Assembly: GCF_001194135.2 (NCBI RefSeq)
Contig: NC_068983.1
Coordinates: 49,010,054-49,074,053 of the forward strand
Direction of reading: 5' to 3'
Source of the DNA: Octopus bimaculoides
Taxonomy: Eukaryota
Length of the DNA: 64,000 nt
A program made the translations under genes and the position numbers. Every line of letters begins with the position of its first letter. The stretch's first letter is position 1. Of this stretch, positions 40,656 to 53,384 are shown one piece after another. The notes beneath the pieces were generated by a model that saw only the letters and a program-made list of their open reading frames with translations, ran no database searches and was not told the origin of the DNA.

Positions 40656-40740
40656 AGTGGTGGTGGTGGTGGTGGTAGTGGTGGTGGTGGTGATGGTGAC
40701 GACGACGGTGGAATTGTTGATGATTACCGTGATGATAGTG
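40336..40740. repeat. Compound (GAT)/(ACT)/(AAC)/(GGT) trinucleotide tract
   Basis: Direct reading. Confidence 0.9.
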
Positions 40741-41309
40741 AGACAAACAGATTGCAATGCCAAATATACAGATAAAACGAATAGGGAAGCCAGAAAGAAA
40801 ATATAATTATGGAGAGTGAAGCCGATAAATGCTCACAAATATTCGCGTGTTTTTTCTCCTCTGTACACATACCTACATACCCAAAACGCACATACATTCA
40901 CATATATGTGGAGTGTGTTGGTGTGTATCTATATATATATATATATATATATATATNNNNNNNNNNNNNNNNNNNNNNNNNNNNNNNNNNNNNNNNNNNN
41001 NNNNNNNNNNNNNNNNNNNNNNNNNNNNNNNNNNNNNNNNNNNNNNNNNNNNNNNNNNNNNNNNNNNNNNNNNNNNNNNNNNNNNNNNNNNNNNNNNNNN
41101 NNNNNNNNNNNNNNNNNNNNNNNNNNNNNNNNNNNNNNNNNNNNNNNNNNNNNNNNNNNNNNNNNNNNNNNNNNNNNNNNNNNNNNNNNNNNNNNNNNNN
41201 NNNNNNNNNNNNNNNNNNNNNNNNNNNNNNNNNNNNNNNNNNNNNNNNNNNNNNNNNNNNNNNNNNNNNNNNNNNNNNNNNNNNNNNNNNNNNNNNNNNN
41301 NNNNNNNNN

Positions 41310-41343
<34 letters not shown>

Positions 41344-43399
41344 ACTAGCGCCCGCGCAAATGCGTGCACACTCACAAGCACATACACTCCGATATACATA
41401 TACGTGCACACCCACACATATGTTTACACACACGTTGCAAATGTTAAAGCACTATCAAATGTAAGTTTGTCGCAGATAAGTGGTGTTGACTGAGGGACAT
41501 ATGATGTGAAACTTAATAGTCTGCAAACAATTTGTCATGTTGATAAATACACTTTTAGCGCACGTACATAGTTGTTTAAATACATGATGGAGAAAAGACA
41601 ATTACACATTCCAATGATGAATCACGCATACATTCTTATATATAGTCATGGTAGAAGAGTTACTGGATATGCTAGATGTCTGTTGCTGAAGGAGAATGAT
41701 GCGCTTACCGTGTTTTCTCTAAAGTTTTAAAGTGTTAACATGAGAAAAAGTACTTTAGAAGACGTATCTCACAAGAGATTACGTGAATGTATGCAACATT
41801 TAGTAGATATCTGCGAATATTTGTGGAAAACCTTTGGTGAACAGCGTTTGTGAAAGAAATTGTACTGAAAATGTTTGTGGTCGTGATATATAAGATTTAG
41901 TGTGATTAATAATCTGATTAATAGGCTATTATTTTCTGCTAAATGTCTAATGACATTTTTGTCAAACCAACGAGGATGCCGGTTCGTGGTCGCTTGGCAT
42001 GCTTGTAAGAGCATGTTATATTCTGCCTCTCACTACACTCTGATCGTCATTATAGGGACCGCCTTAAAACGTTGAAGCTTTATTCTCCTCAGCGCCGACG
42101 TGAGAGCTACATCATTTGCACAATGTAGAGAATATACCACCAGCTTTGTCCACAAGACCTTAACAGTGGATTCAGAATTCATTCAATGCTGGTTGATAAC
42201 TTCCTCTATAGGCCCTGCTTTATTTAACATTATCGTAAAACAAGTTAAAAAAGAAAAGATCGCATTACCTTCAAATGAAATAGGGACACATGTCTTCAAG
42301 GGCTATCAGATAAGCTAACTATACCTGGATATATCTCTGTCAAAGTAACTCCCTACTTGAATGGGCCATGATGCCACAAGACTTGACTTTAAAATGAATT
42401 CACAAATCCTATCAGGTGGTGCTATCAAGTTAGACATGGCCTGTGCCAATCTTTGGTCGTATGATATCTAAGTTACCGAAGTCATCTCTAAGTTATCTTC
42501 AAAACGAAAGGACAAATTTGGAAATGTGGTTTAGACGGATATTTCTGAATGTAATAATATATGTTTACAAAGGACTGAAGTAACAACAGTAACGGCAACG
42601 ACATCTAGTCCATATTTTTTGTTGTGTTTTATTTGTATTTTGTTTATTTTCTAATCTGTTTATATCACATTCTGAAGAATTTCATTTCTAGAAAGGAACT
42701 TCTCCCAAAACTACTTAGACCTATTCATTGCTCTAAAGACATAGTACGTATAACTACAACAAAATATTCAAAATTGCTATAAGACTATAATCGTAAAGCA
42801 GCTATAACATCACCGACGTACAATTGGGTAACTAAATATACTAAAGCTGACTTCCAATCAAAAGAATTCAAATTAATGCTGAAATTTTGTGTAAAGCAGA
42901 TGTTGCCGATTTCTATACGTGTGAAGAATGCAAGATTCAATTTCTTCACCACCACACGATTGAAAATATGAACAATTTCCGAAAAAAATTGGAAGAGCAT
43001 TATTCTTAAGCCTACCACAACATGTCTTGCTGATACAAAGGAAAACTTATTACATATAAATATATACGAACGAAGAAATGTAGAGCAAAGGATACAAACT
43101 CAGATTGAGCAAACTTACAATCATACATGGCGCCGAAACATACATCACTCGAATGAGAAGGCTCGGCGGGGTTGAGGTGAGGTTTCCAATAAATTGAGAA
43201 TAAAGAGACTTTTCTGTGTTTTCTATCTTTTATTGCTGTTTTCGTAATGCTATTTTTTTAATATTAATGCTCACTTGTCTGTTTTTATTAAAATATTCTG
43301 TAAGACCTCACACTCTGTATCGTATTATGTTGTTTCTTTATTAAACAAGAAAAAAAAAATGTCTTTATCACTTTCTTCAAGAATGCTAATTTAGCAATA

Positions 43400-45060
43400 T
43401 TTACTTGATACTAAGTACATTTAATGAGTAGCTGTGTATACTTTGCGATAGCCCGTTGTTTATATCAGCCTATTTCCTATTCTTGAAAGCGATAGCTGTA
43501 TCATAAGATATTAAGTTCTTACTTTTAAGGCATTTTATCTCCCAGATGAGCTCTTAGTCTTCTTGAGATTACAGATGTCAGGGCTTTATATAATCTCGTT
43601 ACACCGGATTATTTGTATACCCTTTCTATGTGTTTTGTGTTGCTGAATTAAGATAGTTTTCCACTCTGGCAGTCATTTATTCACTGATCCTGGTATTTTA
43701 TTTCTTATTTAAATTCTGTTGTCATACATTCTAGCATGTTGGTTAGATATCCTAAGAAACAGCGATTGTGTCAATTCAGAGGGTTTTACATTTTGCAGCT
43801 GTCATCAACGTTTTGATAATTTCTTGATAGTTATAATGGTACGTCCTTCTGAATGTATCGTGTTTTACATTTCAAAGTTCTATAACATTTTGCCGTTCTC
43901 CCTTTCCATTTTCATCTCTAGCGCATCATTACAGGGGTATATATTTCCTTTCATACGATCTCCTAGTGTCAACAAATTCATATAGCTTTTGGTATATTAT
44001 GAAATGTTATTTTAGAACATGAGTTTTCAGTAGAAACAACATTAATCATTTGTCTCACAATACAAGTGTTATGAAAGAAGGACACATATTTTTACCAGGA
44101 TCGGTTTTTTTAATATATCTATCACTAATAAGATCTCTATCCTTTTTTAAACATATTTCGTTTATCTATTTCCCTTGGTGTTGTTATTGTTACCTTTTAC
44201 CCTTTCTTGATGTTACAATTCTGCCTATTTTATATTCTCACAAAACTGCTGACATGTTATCCTTGTTATTTATTTTCTATAATATATTTTCTTTTCATTC
44301 TAGTTTGTGTGGTTTAAGTCTATTCACCTTCACACCATAAACACTAAGTGCATAAGCTCATTTGGCATACTGTTGCACGGATCTGTTTCTATGTAAAATC
44401 ATTATTTCTTGAGAGGTATTGAAACAATTTCCAGGTCTTACACACATGATACCCAACTCCATTTCCACAACCCCCTATTCTTCTGTAATTATCCATGCGG
44501 TATGCATATATTTGTTTGTATTGTTCGATTATTTGCCGAAAAAGTGTGTTTATGTGTTGCTTGGGGAATTGTTTTCGTTGATTCCTATTAATTGATTTTC
44601 TTAGGATCAGATTTACTTCTATACATGTTGATTCAGTTAGATTTTCATCATCGTTGACTCTCCTCATTTTATTGTGATGAGCGTTATTAGTCTCTTTCAT
44701 GTTATGCATGTGGGAAAGAGTATATTTGGTTGGATGGATATCCGAATAGTTATTTCCGTAGGGTCTTTTGTGACCACCGTCATCGCTTTATTTGTCTTTT
44801 CACTGCGTCAGTATTGTTTAGATATGATGATTAGACATTTCATGTGTGATCGTTTCTTTTGTAATATTCTCCTTGTAGGTGAAAGGTTGTTTTCTGTTTT
44901 TCCTATGCGTATGGCTTCTCTTGATTTATTTAGCTCGTTTTGCGGGGATACATGCGTTACCTGTGGTTCATTTCTTTGAGCTAACATCATTTGTACGAGG
45001 TTATCTTATAACTATGCGTGACGTACATTCGAGTAGTTTTGGCAGACTTTGTATTCCATG
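43400..45060 (-). mobile_element. Heavily decayed R4/Dong-type element, N-terminal region to RT
   Basis: With frameshifts: IYA-TAWIITEE, LYKALTSVISRRLRAHL, and an IDY..A...HS-like RT motif region. Confidence 0.55.
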
Positions 45061-45089
45061 TTTTAATTATGTTTGTTATGTTTTTTATT

Positions 45090-45280
45090 TGCCGGCGAGC
45101 TGTCAATCGTTAGCACATCGGAGAAATAGCTTAGTAGCATTTCTCGTTCTGAATTCAAATCCCACCGAGGTCAACTTTGAGTTGATAGCTTCGCGGTCGA
45201 AAACATAAATAACAATTAAGTATGGCTGTAGATGTAATCAACATGTCTGCACCCCTCAGAATTGCCGGCCTTCAATCCTG
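45090..45280 (+). mobile_element. OK-like SINE, degraded
   Basis: ggcgagctg..atcgttagcac...gaattcaaatcccaccgaggtcaacttt. Confidence 0.65.
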
Positions 45281-45417
45281 CAACGGTCCGGCTTTTCATT
45301 CAGGGTGAATATTAAGATTTTGTTTATTCGCTATACAAACCGGGTAATCAGCTTTATAAGCCCCACTCTCAAAATGTTTTTTTTTAAATGTCTATTTGTA
45401 TTGAATATTATACATAA

Positions 45418-45800
45418 GGCGCAGGAGTGGCTGTGTGGTAAGAGCTACCTTACCAACCACATGGTTCCGGGTTCAGTCCCACTGCGTACCACCTTGGGCA
45501 AGTGTCTTCTACTATAGCCTCGGGCCGACCAAAGCTTTGTGAGTGGATTTGGTAGACGGAAACAGAAAGAAGCCCGTCGTATACATGTATATATATGTGT
45601 GTTTGTGTGTCTGTGTTTGTCCCCCTACCATCGCTTGACAACCGATAATGGTGTGTTTACGTCCCCGTATCTTAGCAGTTCGGCATAAGATACCGATAGA
45701 ATAAGTACTAGGCTTACAAAGAATAAGTCCTGAGGTCGATCTGATCGACTAAAGGCGGTGTTCCAGCATGGCCGCAGTCAAATGACTGAAACAAGTAAAA
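45418..45800 (+). mobile_element. CORE-type tRNA SINE, best-preserved copy
   Basis: ggcgcaggagtggctgtgtggtaag head, B-box-like gggttcagtcc, ccttgggcaagtgtctt, tail ccagcatggccgcagtcaaatgactgaaacaagtaaaa. Confidence 0.92.
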
Positions 45801-47464
45801 TAATAAAAGAGAGTAAGAGTATCAATATGCATTTACTAATCTACATTTGTGTAGTTGCTTATCGGTCATTTGAACGCCGATAATCTCTTCGTTACAACGT
45901 ACATATTAAGGATGGTAGACTATGATTTGAAAGAGATATTTCTGCAGCTTCTAGCAGACAGTCATTTCCAGCTAGATGTTCTTACGATGATTCATAGTTG
46001 CTTATAGGTTTTGTATGGTAGTCTACCTATATTTCTGCTATAGCGATAGAGTATAATGGCTACAATGCGGCTGCGTAATAATCATAAAATATTTCTCTGT
46101 GTTGTTATTTGTTTCATTCTACATTTGTTTATCCAAAGTATTTTCATGTGATTAATCGTCTCCTACATCCTTTAGTACACTATTTCTGTATAGTGTTACA
46201 CGTTAATTTGAAGGAAAGCGAACAATATGAAGCATGGATTTATATTATACTTTAGCAGCTAATAGAGTACTGCATTTCAAGTTTGCGTTACATGAGCTTC
46301 GGTAACGTAATCACCTTAAATTCACTACAAGTTCTTTATAATCCTATACAAAATCCCTTGGTATGTTCTGATGTAATGCAATAAATTATGTTTCATTTAT
46401 ACAAGATAGTTTTATTTCTTTGTTTGTCACATATGTAAATGTTTCTTAGGGTTGCTATTGAAATAATGTGCGGCATCCCTGTTGTGGTGGTTTTTGTTGT
46501 TGACGATGCCATTATTATTAAAATTACTTCCAGCTCTTTCTTTCTTTGTTAAAACCGCAACCGAATCAATTTTGCCTTTCATTATTTTTTAGGATCGACA
46601 AAAAAAAAAATACGAGACAAATACTGGGGTCCAACCGTTAAATATTCTTGACCAAGTATTTGAAAAAGAACCAATTATTGCTATTAACGTGTTGATAGAG
46701 ACGGTAGTGTCTAGAACAAAACTTTACCCATGGAACTTGATCCATCTTTATTTCACTTCCAAATATCTTCAGAAGCGACTTTGGATGAATACCTCTTGAA
46801 ACGCAAAATGCATACCAGTAATAAAAGGGAAACATATCCTTGAAATGAGTTCTTCTTCTTCATCTTCTTCTTCTTCTTCTTCTTATTATTATTATTATTA
46901 CTGTTGTTCTTATTTTTACTGCTACTATTATTGTTAACGTTCTTTTTAAAGAATCTCCAAGTTTCTATAACATTATTTTGACAGCTGGAAGTCTGTATAT
47001 TAATAGCATATAGAATTGCGAATCTCTTTTCTTTTCTTCTTTTCTTTTTCTTTTTCAGCTTTCCTGGTTTCATGATCCTCAGCTTTGGAAAATATAATCT
47101 CTCCTTTGTTCAACTGAAAGAATCTTACAGAAGATAAGGAATACTTCAATGGTTGTAGCTTAAAGACAGACTTAGTTTTGTTTAATATGCAAAGAAAATC
47201 GTTCTTTATCTTAAACTTTGTGATATTAGCCTATATTTCAAGAATGTTTCGTGCTACAAAGTTTTGAGAAGAAATGGAGAATTTTATTTCAGTCTGGACT
47301 CATATGTGGGGAGAAAAGGAACTCTCACAAGATATACGTCGAATTTTATCACACAATGTTTGGTAAAATGGAACTATGTCAGAATTGCCAGATAACACTC
47401 ATTCTCTTATCAAAAATATTATATTTTCAACTGTACAACTACAAGTAGATAAAGCTATTGATAA

Positions 47465-47595
47465 ACCTTCTCTAATATAGGCACAAGGCCTTAAATTTTA
47501 GGAGAGGAGGCTAGTCGATTACATCAACTTCGAAATAATGAAAGGCAAATTCGACATCGGCGGAACTTAGATTCAGAATGTAAAAACGGGTAAAA
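47465..47595 (-). mobile_element. OK-like SINE, partial
   Basis: taggcacaaggcc...agtcgattacatc...aaaggcaaattcgac. Confidence 0.7.
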
Positions 47596-48044
47596 TTAAG
47601 ATATTGATAATAGCATTTAGCTATTTGGTTAAAAACAAAGAAGCTTTTTGGATAGAAAAATCTAGAAGGCTACCCGTTGGACTCAGACCAACATATTCTG
47701 TGAACGATTGGGCCAAACCACGCCTTCGAATTTTTGGAATTTTAAAGGTTGTATTTTTATGAAGGAGAAAACTATGTCATTTAGATAGTAGGAATTTAGA
47801 AACTTCGAGAAAATGTAAAATAATTTGTTTTTAATTGTAGAACTCGAAGTAGATAAAACTATAAAACTTGCATGTAAATAACTGGTTATTTAAGACTTTC
47901 GGAGAATTGCATTTATCAAATAGTAGAACGTTTATAATGTTCACAGAAAATGTGGTTTCGAGATCAATGAGCAACTTTAATCTTTTTCTATCGAAAAGTG
48001 TGCTCAAACCAATATTTACATGATATAATTATTAGGGGTCGATC

Positions 48045-48395
48045 CGCCGAGGTCGACTTTGCCTTCCATCCTTTCAGGGTCAATAAATTATGTACCAGTG
48101 AAACACTGGGGTCGATGTAATCGACTAGTCTCCACCTCCTTAATTTCAGGCCTTTTTTGTTTTTGCAAAAAGGACTATTAGTCGTCGAGTTGGCAGAATC
48201 GATTGCATGCTGGGAAATGCTTAGCAGCATTTCGTTCGTCCTTGCTTTCTGAGTTCAAATTCTGCCGAAGTCGACTTTGCCATTCATCCTTTCCGGTTCG
48301 ATGAAATAAGTACCGTTTACGCAATGGAGTCAATGTAATTGACTCGCTCCCTCCCACCAAATTTCAGGCTTGGTGCTTAAAGTAGAAAAGATCAT
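48045..48395 (+). mobile_element. Two adjacent OK-like SINE copies (48045-48160 partial; 48183-48395)
   Basis: Family core and terminal tail seen twice. Confidence 0.8.
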
Positions 48396-48927
48396 TATTT
48401 GTTTTATCTGCTTCGATTTCGACAATTAGAAGCGAATTATTTCCCGTTTTCTGGAAGCTTCTATATTCTTGTCGTCAAATATACGTTTGGAGTTTTCTTA
48501 TGAAGTTTCTTATGAAGTTTCTTATGAAGTATTCTTATGATATTTGTATTTATATTTTATTAAGTAAAGCCTTTAAAATACTATTTACAAACTGAAACCG
48601 AACCAAGACATAGGTACCACGTCATGTTAAAGTTTACTTAGATGATGGGATAATGGAAACTTGGTCTGAGACTAGATAATATGATAATTTGTTATTGACT
48701 TTTCCAAGCCTACAGAAAGGTTCACAAAACTGCTTTCTCATATGTTAATTGTTCATTGCTTCTAGTGTTTATATATAGTAGTACAAAATGAGATGCGTAC
48801 AAATGGCATATATTTTCGTAGCTGTTTTCACATTTATCAGTTGATTTGTAGCTCTGTTAATATAGTAGAGTTATTGATCAAACATGTCTCAGGTTTGACT
48901 ATGACGCCTTTTATATTAGGTCCAGGA

Positions 48928-49140
48928 CTAAGGCGGCAAGCATCCACAATCCTTAGCGCGTCGGACAATATGCATAGTGGCATTTCTTCCTGTTGTTATT
49001 CTGCGTTCAGGTGCCGCTGGTGCCAATCTCATTTTCATTCTGTCAGGGTCGATGAAATAAAGTAATAGCAAGTAATGGGGTCAGTGTAATCGACTAATGC
49101 CGTTCTTTGTATTGCTGGCCTTGTGCCAAAATTTGAAACA
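48928..49140 (+). mobile_element. OK-like SINE, degraded
   Basis: aaggcggcaag head, gggtcgatgaaataaagta, taatcgact, ggccttgtgccaaaatttgaaac. Confidence 0.55.
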
Positions 49141-50522
49141 ATTGTCTTTTTGTTTTTAAGGCGGAGGAGTGCGATGTGAGTGGGATGTAACTGTTATTTC
49201 TAGGGGGTCAATCGATTTCATATTGACAGGATGTATCTTTAAGTAAAAATTAATTGTATTTGTTATAGAGAAGTACAACTATTGTTGGGTGAGGATAATC
49301 AATGACTATTCCCTCTAGTGACCAAAACCATATCTGTTTGTTCGGCTGGCTTTGACTTCGCCAGGGAAGTTCTTTTATTAAAGAGACAAAATAAATGACT
49401 GATGTATAAGATATTGCACAGTATGCTTCGATGTCATAAGTTTATATCTATTGCAGATTTTCTACTGAGTTCTTCTGAACCAGTTTATTCTCCTTTGTCT
49501 CAACTTACATAGATATTGTGAAAAGATACCACAGGATCCAACAATATTACCCTCGATATACTTGCGTTATGTACACGCGAATGTGTAAGCAGAAAGTGTT
49601 CATGCTACGTGAAAATTGTGGAATCCATGAGGGAAACGGATGAGGTCCAGTTGAAGTTTATTGGGTCTCACAGAGAAGAAGATTCAACACTTAGTTTCTT
49701 GATGATTTACCATTATACCGAATTATAAGCTGAAAATGGCAATCGTGATAATGAACTTGAAACTATGTATGGGACTAGGTCATCAAAAGAAAGCTCAGAA
49801 ACATTTGTTAAATTATGAATCAGTAACTTTCTCAGTATTTCTGAGTGTATTTCAGGAAATAGACTTGCGATTTTTGTTCAAATACTCATTCTTATGTCGA
49901 CAGTAACCACAGAGCGTACTGCGGTTGGATGTAAATCCTCTTTGCACGAACTGATGTAATATAAACACATCTTCTGAATGAATACCTTTCTCTCTCTCAT
50001 TCACACTTCATCTCTAAGTCTGTCTCTCGCACCCCCTCTTTTTCTCTTTCTAACGTTGGGAAATATGCTTTCGCATAAAAATCCGTTATTGTATTGTGAC
50101 TGCAAGCAGAACAGCTAAATGTTTAATCAAAATTCTTGACACTTATATGAAATACTTCTTTCTAAATTAGTGACAATTTCGGAAAGATTATGCATAATCA
50201 ATTACCCTGACCGACATGAAGATAGCTTGTTTCATTTGTCAAACTCTTTGGGATGAAATACAGAGTCGATTGGAGTGAGAACAGAATATAACGGGAGGTA
50301 ACTAAATAACTTAACATGTCTGCGATATGTCTTGCCGCGTATGACCAGCCTCCATCACAACATTTTAATTCTGAATTGATGCATCCCAGGTAATAACTTA
50401 ATATGTTTATGAAGGAAATTTAGATGAGTGTTTGTATGTATAAAAGCAAAGGTGCATTTCATATATACTATACTCGCATGGCACATCTTAGGTTGTAACT
50501 ACATTATGTGCCATGCATATAA

Positions 50523-50564
<42 letters not shown>

Positions 50565-50575
50565 ANNNNNNNNNN

Positions 50576-50619
<44 letters not shown>

Positions 50620-50794
50620 TCTTCCTTTTCCCTCATTTTGCGGGGGGCGGGGCTAATGATTCTTCCAGCTCACCTTTATGTGTAATATGGTATTAAAATA
50701 TTCACCAGTAAACACATTGCAGATTCGAGCGACAAGAATTTTGATACCATATTTCAAATAAATGTGCCAGTGAAGTTGCCAGTTTTGTGCGTTT

Positions 50795-50928
50795 CGCCAG
50801 AAATTCCACCGAGATTGACTTTGCCTTTCATACTTTCGAGGTCAATAAATTAAATACCAGTTGCGTACTAATCGACTCGCTCCTTCCGCCAAAATTTCGA
50901 TCCTTGTGCCTAGAGTAGAAAAGAATTT
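50795..50928 (+). mobile_element. OK-like SINE, 5'-truncated
   Basis: aaattccaccgagattgactttgcctttcat...ccttgtgcctagagtagaaaag. Confidence 0.75.
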
Positions 50929-51461
50929 ATACCTTCCACGCTACAATTGCTAATAAGTAAAGTTCTTACAACAACCATATATAATGCTGTTGGCAATTAA
51001 TATATATTTTAGTGTATTTCAGAAATATTTTTTTATGATTCATTTCTAGTTGATACTTTGCAGCAAAGCAGGATTACTTAGCTCCTAGTTTATTTAACAT
51101 GTAATGTCCCTATAAAATCTCTCTGTGTCAAACTATGGAGATTTCACTAAATGGATATACCGTTACATTAAGCCTAATTGTTTCTTTCTTTTTTTTTTTC
51201 GCTGAAAACCCTTATCCTACTGCAGAGACCTTAACTATGAGAAATGTTATTAAAACATAATCCTTTCATTAAATACCAGAAGCTTATAAAAGAGTTAATT
51301 AATTCAAGCATTTCTTTAGCGTTGATTGGTCTAGATTAAAATTCTCCCCTGCATAATTTTAAAACTAGAACGACTGATAATACACTTCCATATTTAAGAG
51401 AGGAGGAATTATATACATTATTTATATTTGACGGATATTTTTACTCATCTTGTTTGTTGTT

Positions 51462-51507
51462 GATACAACGTTTCGGCTGATATACCCTCCAGCCTTCATC
51501 AGGTGTC
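51462..51507 (-). ncRNA. Minimal type-I hammerhead ribozyme motif
   Basis: GACAC-CTGATGA-A-GGCTG-(10 nt)-CAGCC-GAAA-CGTT-GTATC: full core, 5-bp helix II, helix I 4 of 5 paired; activity unproven. Confidence 0.6.
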
Positions 51508-51571
51508 TTGGGGAAATTTCGAACCTGAGTTCTCATTCCTAAGCTATTTTTCGATGTTGCTATTGTTGTTG

Positions 51572-51616
<45 letters not shown>

Positions 51617-51795
51617 TCACTACACCATATGCCCACGGGCATAAAGCGTAGTGGTTAAGAGCGCGGGCTGCTAACCCCAAGATTCCGAGTTCGATTCCAG
51701 GCAGTGACCTGAATAATAATAATCATAATAATAACAATAACAACAACATCGAAAAGTACCTTTGGAATGAATCCCCAATTCCGAAATTTCCCAAA

Positions 51796-51841
51796 GACAA
51801 CTGATGAAGGCTGGAGGGCATATCAACCGAAACGTTGTGTA
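51796..51841 (+). ncRNA. Minimal hammerhead ribozyme motif, more decayed copy
   Basis: GACAA-CTGATGA-A-GGCTG-(10 nt)-CAACC-GAAA-CGTT-GTGTA; one helix II mismatch, weak helix I. Confidence 0.5.
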
Positions 51842-52393
51842 AACAACAAACAAGATGAGGACAAATATCCGTCAAATGTAAATAATGTAAACAATGTAGA
51901 ACGACTGATATTTCTATGCAATCGAAGAAGACCCAGTGCATAGATTTAGAAGATAGTGTTGCTCTTAGAGTCACAGTAACATACTTATAGCAGATGCCAC
52001 CTAACAAACCACAAACGATTTGCTATAGATGTAGAATGTTATCTAATCATCTCTATATCGTTCCAATTTTAGTGTGTGTATTGCTGAAACAGTAGAGAAT
52101 CTTATCTAATCAATTAGTTTACTTTAATGTAAAATATCTTTGCAACTGTTCCATAATATTCATGGCTTGATCTATCTTCAGTTCCACTGTTAACATTGAA
52201 TTTAAAAATCATTTGTCATGACAGCATCAATCACACCTACCATACGAAATGCGAAGTATTTTTGTGCATATTCTCATTTTAAATACATCTGATAAGACGT
52301 CCACAATTTTTACTACTGAAACATGGTAACTTTCAAATGCTAAATTAAGCGGTCATAAATTATATGTATGCGCGTCTATGCGTGTCTCTCTCA

Positions 52394-52440
<47 letters not shown>

Positions 52441-52768
52441 ATTTTCTTTCTTTCACTCTCTCTTCCTCTCTCTCTTTATATATATTCACACAAACATATG
52501 AATGTGCGTACGTGTGTGTCTGTATGCACACGCGCATGTGCATCCATGTAATAAACATATACTGAAAGTCTCAGAGCAAATAGATACTTTGTTAAACTCC
52601 CTGTGTCTTTTTGTATTCTGCAAAACAGACAGAAGAATTACGCAGCTCATTTCGTCAGGTAATCGCCAGGTAATCGGGAGTATTTTAATTCGTTGTAGAA
52701 GCGAGACAATAATAAAGAGACAAAGAGAGAGAGAGAGAGAGAGAGTGAGAGAGAGTGAGCGAGAGAGA

Positions 52769-52807
<39 letters not shown>

Positions 52808-52897
52808 GGGGCAGCTTACAATTAGTTTCGAAAAATACTGAAACAGGCATTTTTCCTCATTTAGACATCAACACGTTTATTAGTAGCTTATAACTCT

Positions 52898-53176
52898 GTT
52901 GTTGTTGGCACTCCGTCGCTTTAGACGCCGAGGGTTCCAGTTGATCCGATCAACGGAACAGCCTGCTCGTGAAATTAACATGCCAATGGCTGAACACTCC
53001 ACAGACACGTGTACCCTTAACGTAGTTCTCGGAGATATTCAGCGTGACACAGTGTAACAAGGCTGATCCTTTGAAGTACAGGTACAACAGAAAACAGGAA
53101 GTAAGAGAAAGTTGTGTTGAAAGAGTACAGCAGGGTTCGCCACTATCCCCTGCCGGAGCCTCGTGGAGCTTTTAGG
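52898..53176 (-). mobile_element. Third tRNA-SINE family, 5'-truncated copy
   Basis: caacggaacagcctgctcgtgaaatta...gtacccttaacgtagttctcggaga shared with 56765-57568. Confidence 0.8.
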
Positions 53177-53384
53177 AGCTTATAACTCTAGTAAGTATTG
53201 AAATGCCACAAGACTCAAATAATTCTTAATAATATTACAAGTGTACTTTAAGGCGGTGTACTGGGGTCGATAAAATAAGTACCAGCTGAGCATTGGCATC
53301 AATGTATCGACTTCACCCCTCCCCCGAAACTGCTGGCGCCAAAATTTTAAAACCAGTACTAAATGTGCACTATAATTCAGTAAA

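Larger units (their letters stand above)
51380..51896. mobile_element. Head-to-head inverted pair of tRNA-headed, hammerhead-tailed elements inside a 14-bp TSD
   Basis: tagaacgactgata at 51366-51379 and 51897-51910; arms are reverse complements around 51635-51636; right arm has A-box-like 51645-51656, loop CTGCTAA, B-box gagttcgattcc 51687-51698. Confidence 0.85.

Noticed and set aside
42180-42545. RT-like snippets (SSIGPALFNII, LEMWFRRI)
   Set aside because: Motifs suggest different RT classes and lack YxDD; cannot assign
44400-45060. First read as a Penelope RT/GIY-YIG linker
   Set aside because: Fits better as the R4/Dong N-terminal region, contiguous with the RT fragment at 43400-44340; no Penelope ORF is supported in this window
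49510-49730. Cys-rich frame (ALCTRECVSRKCSCY) and possible splice sites
   Set aside because: Competing frames and no identifiable family
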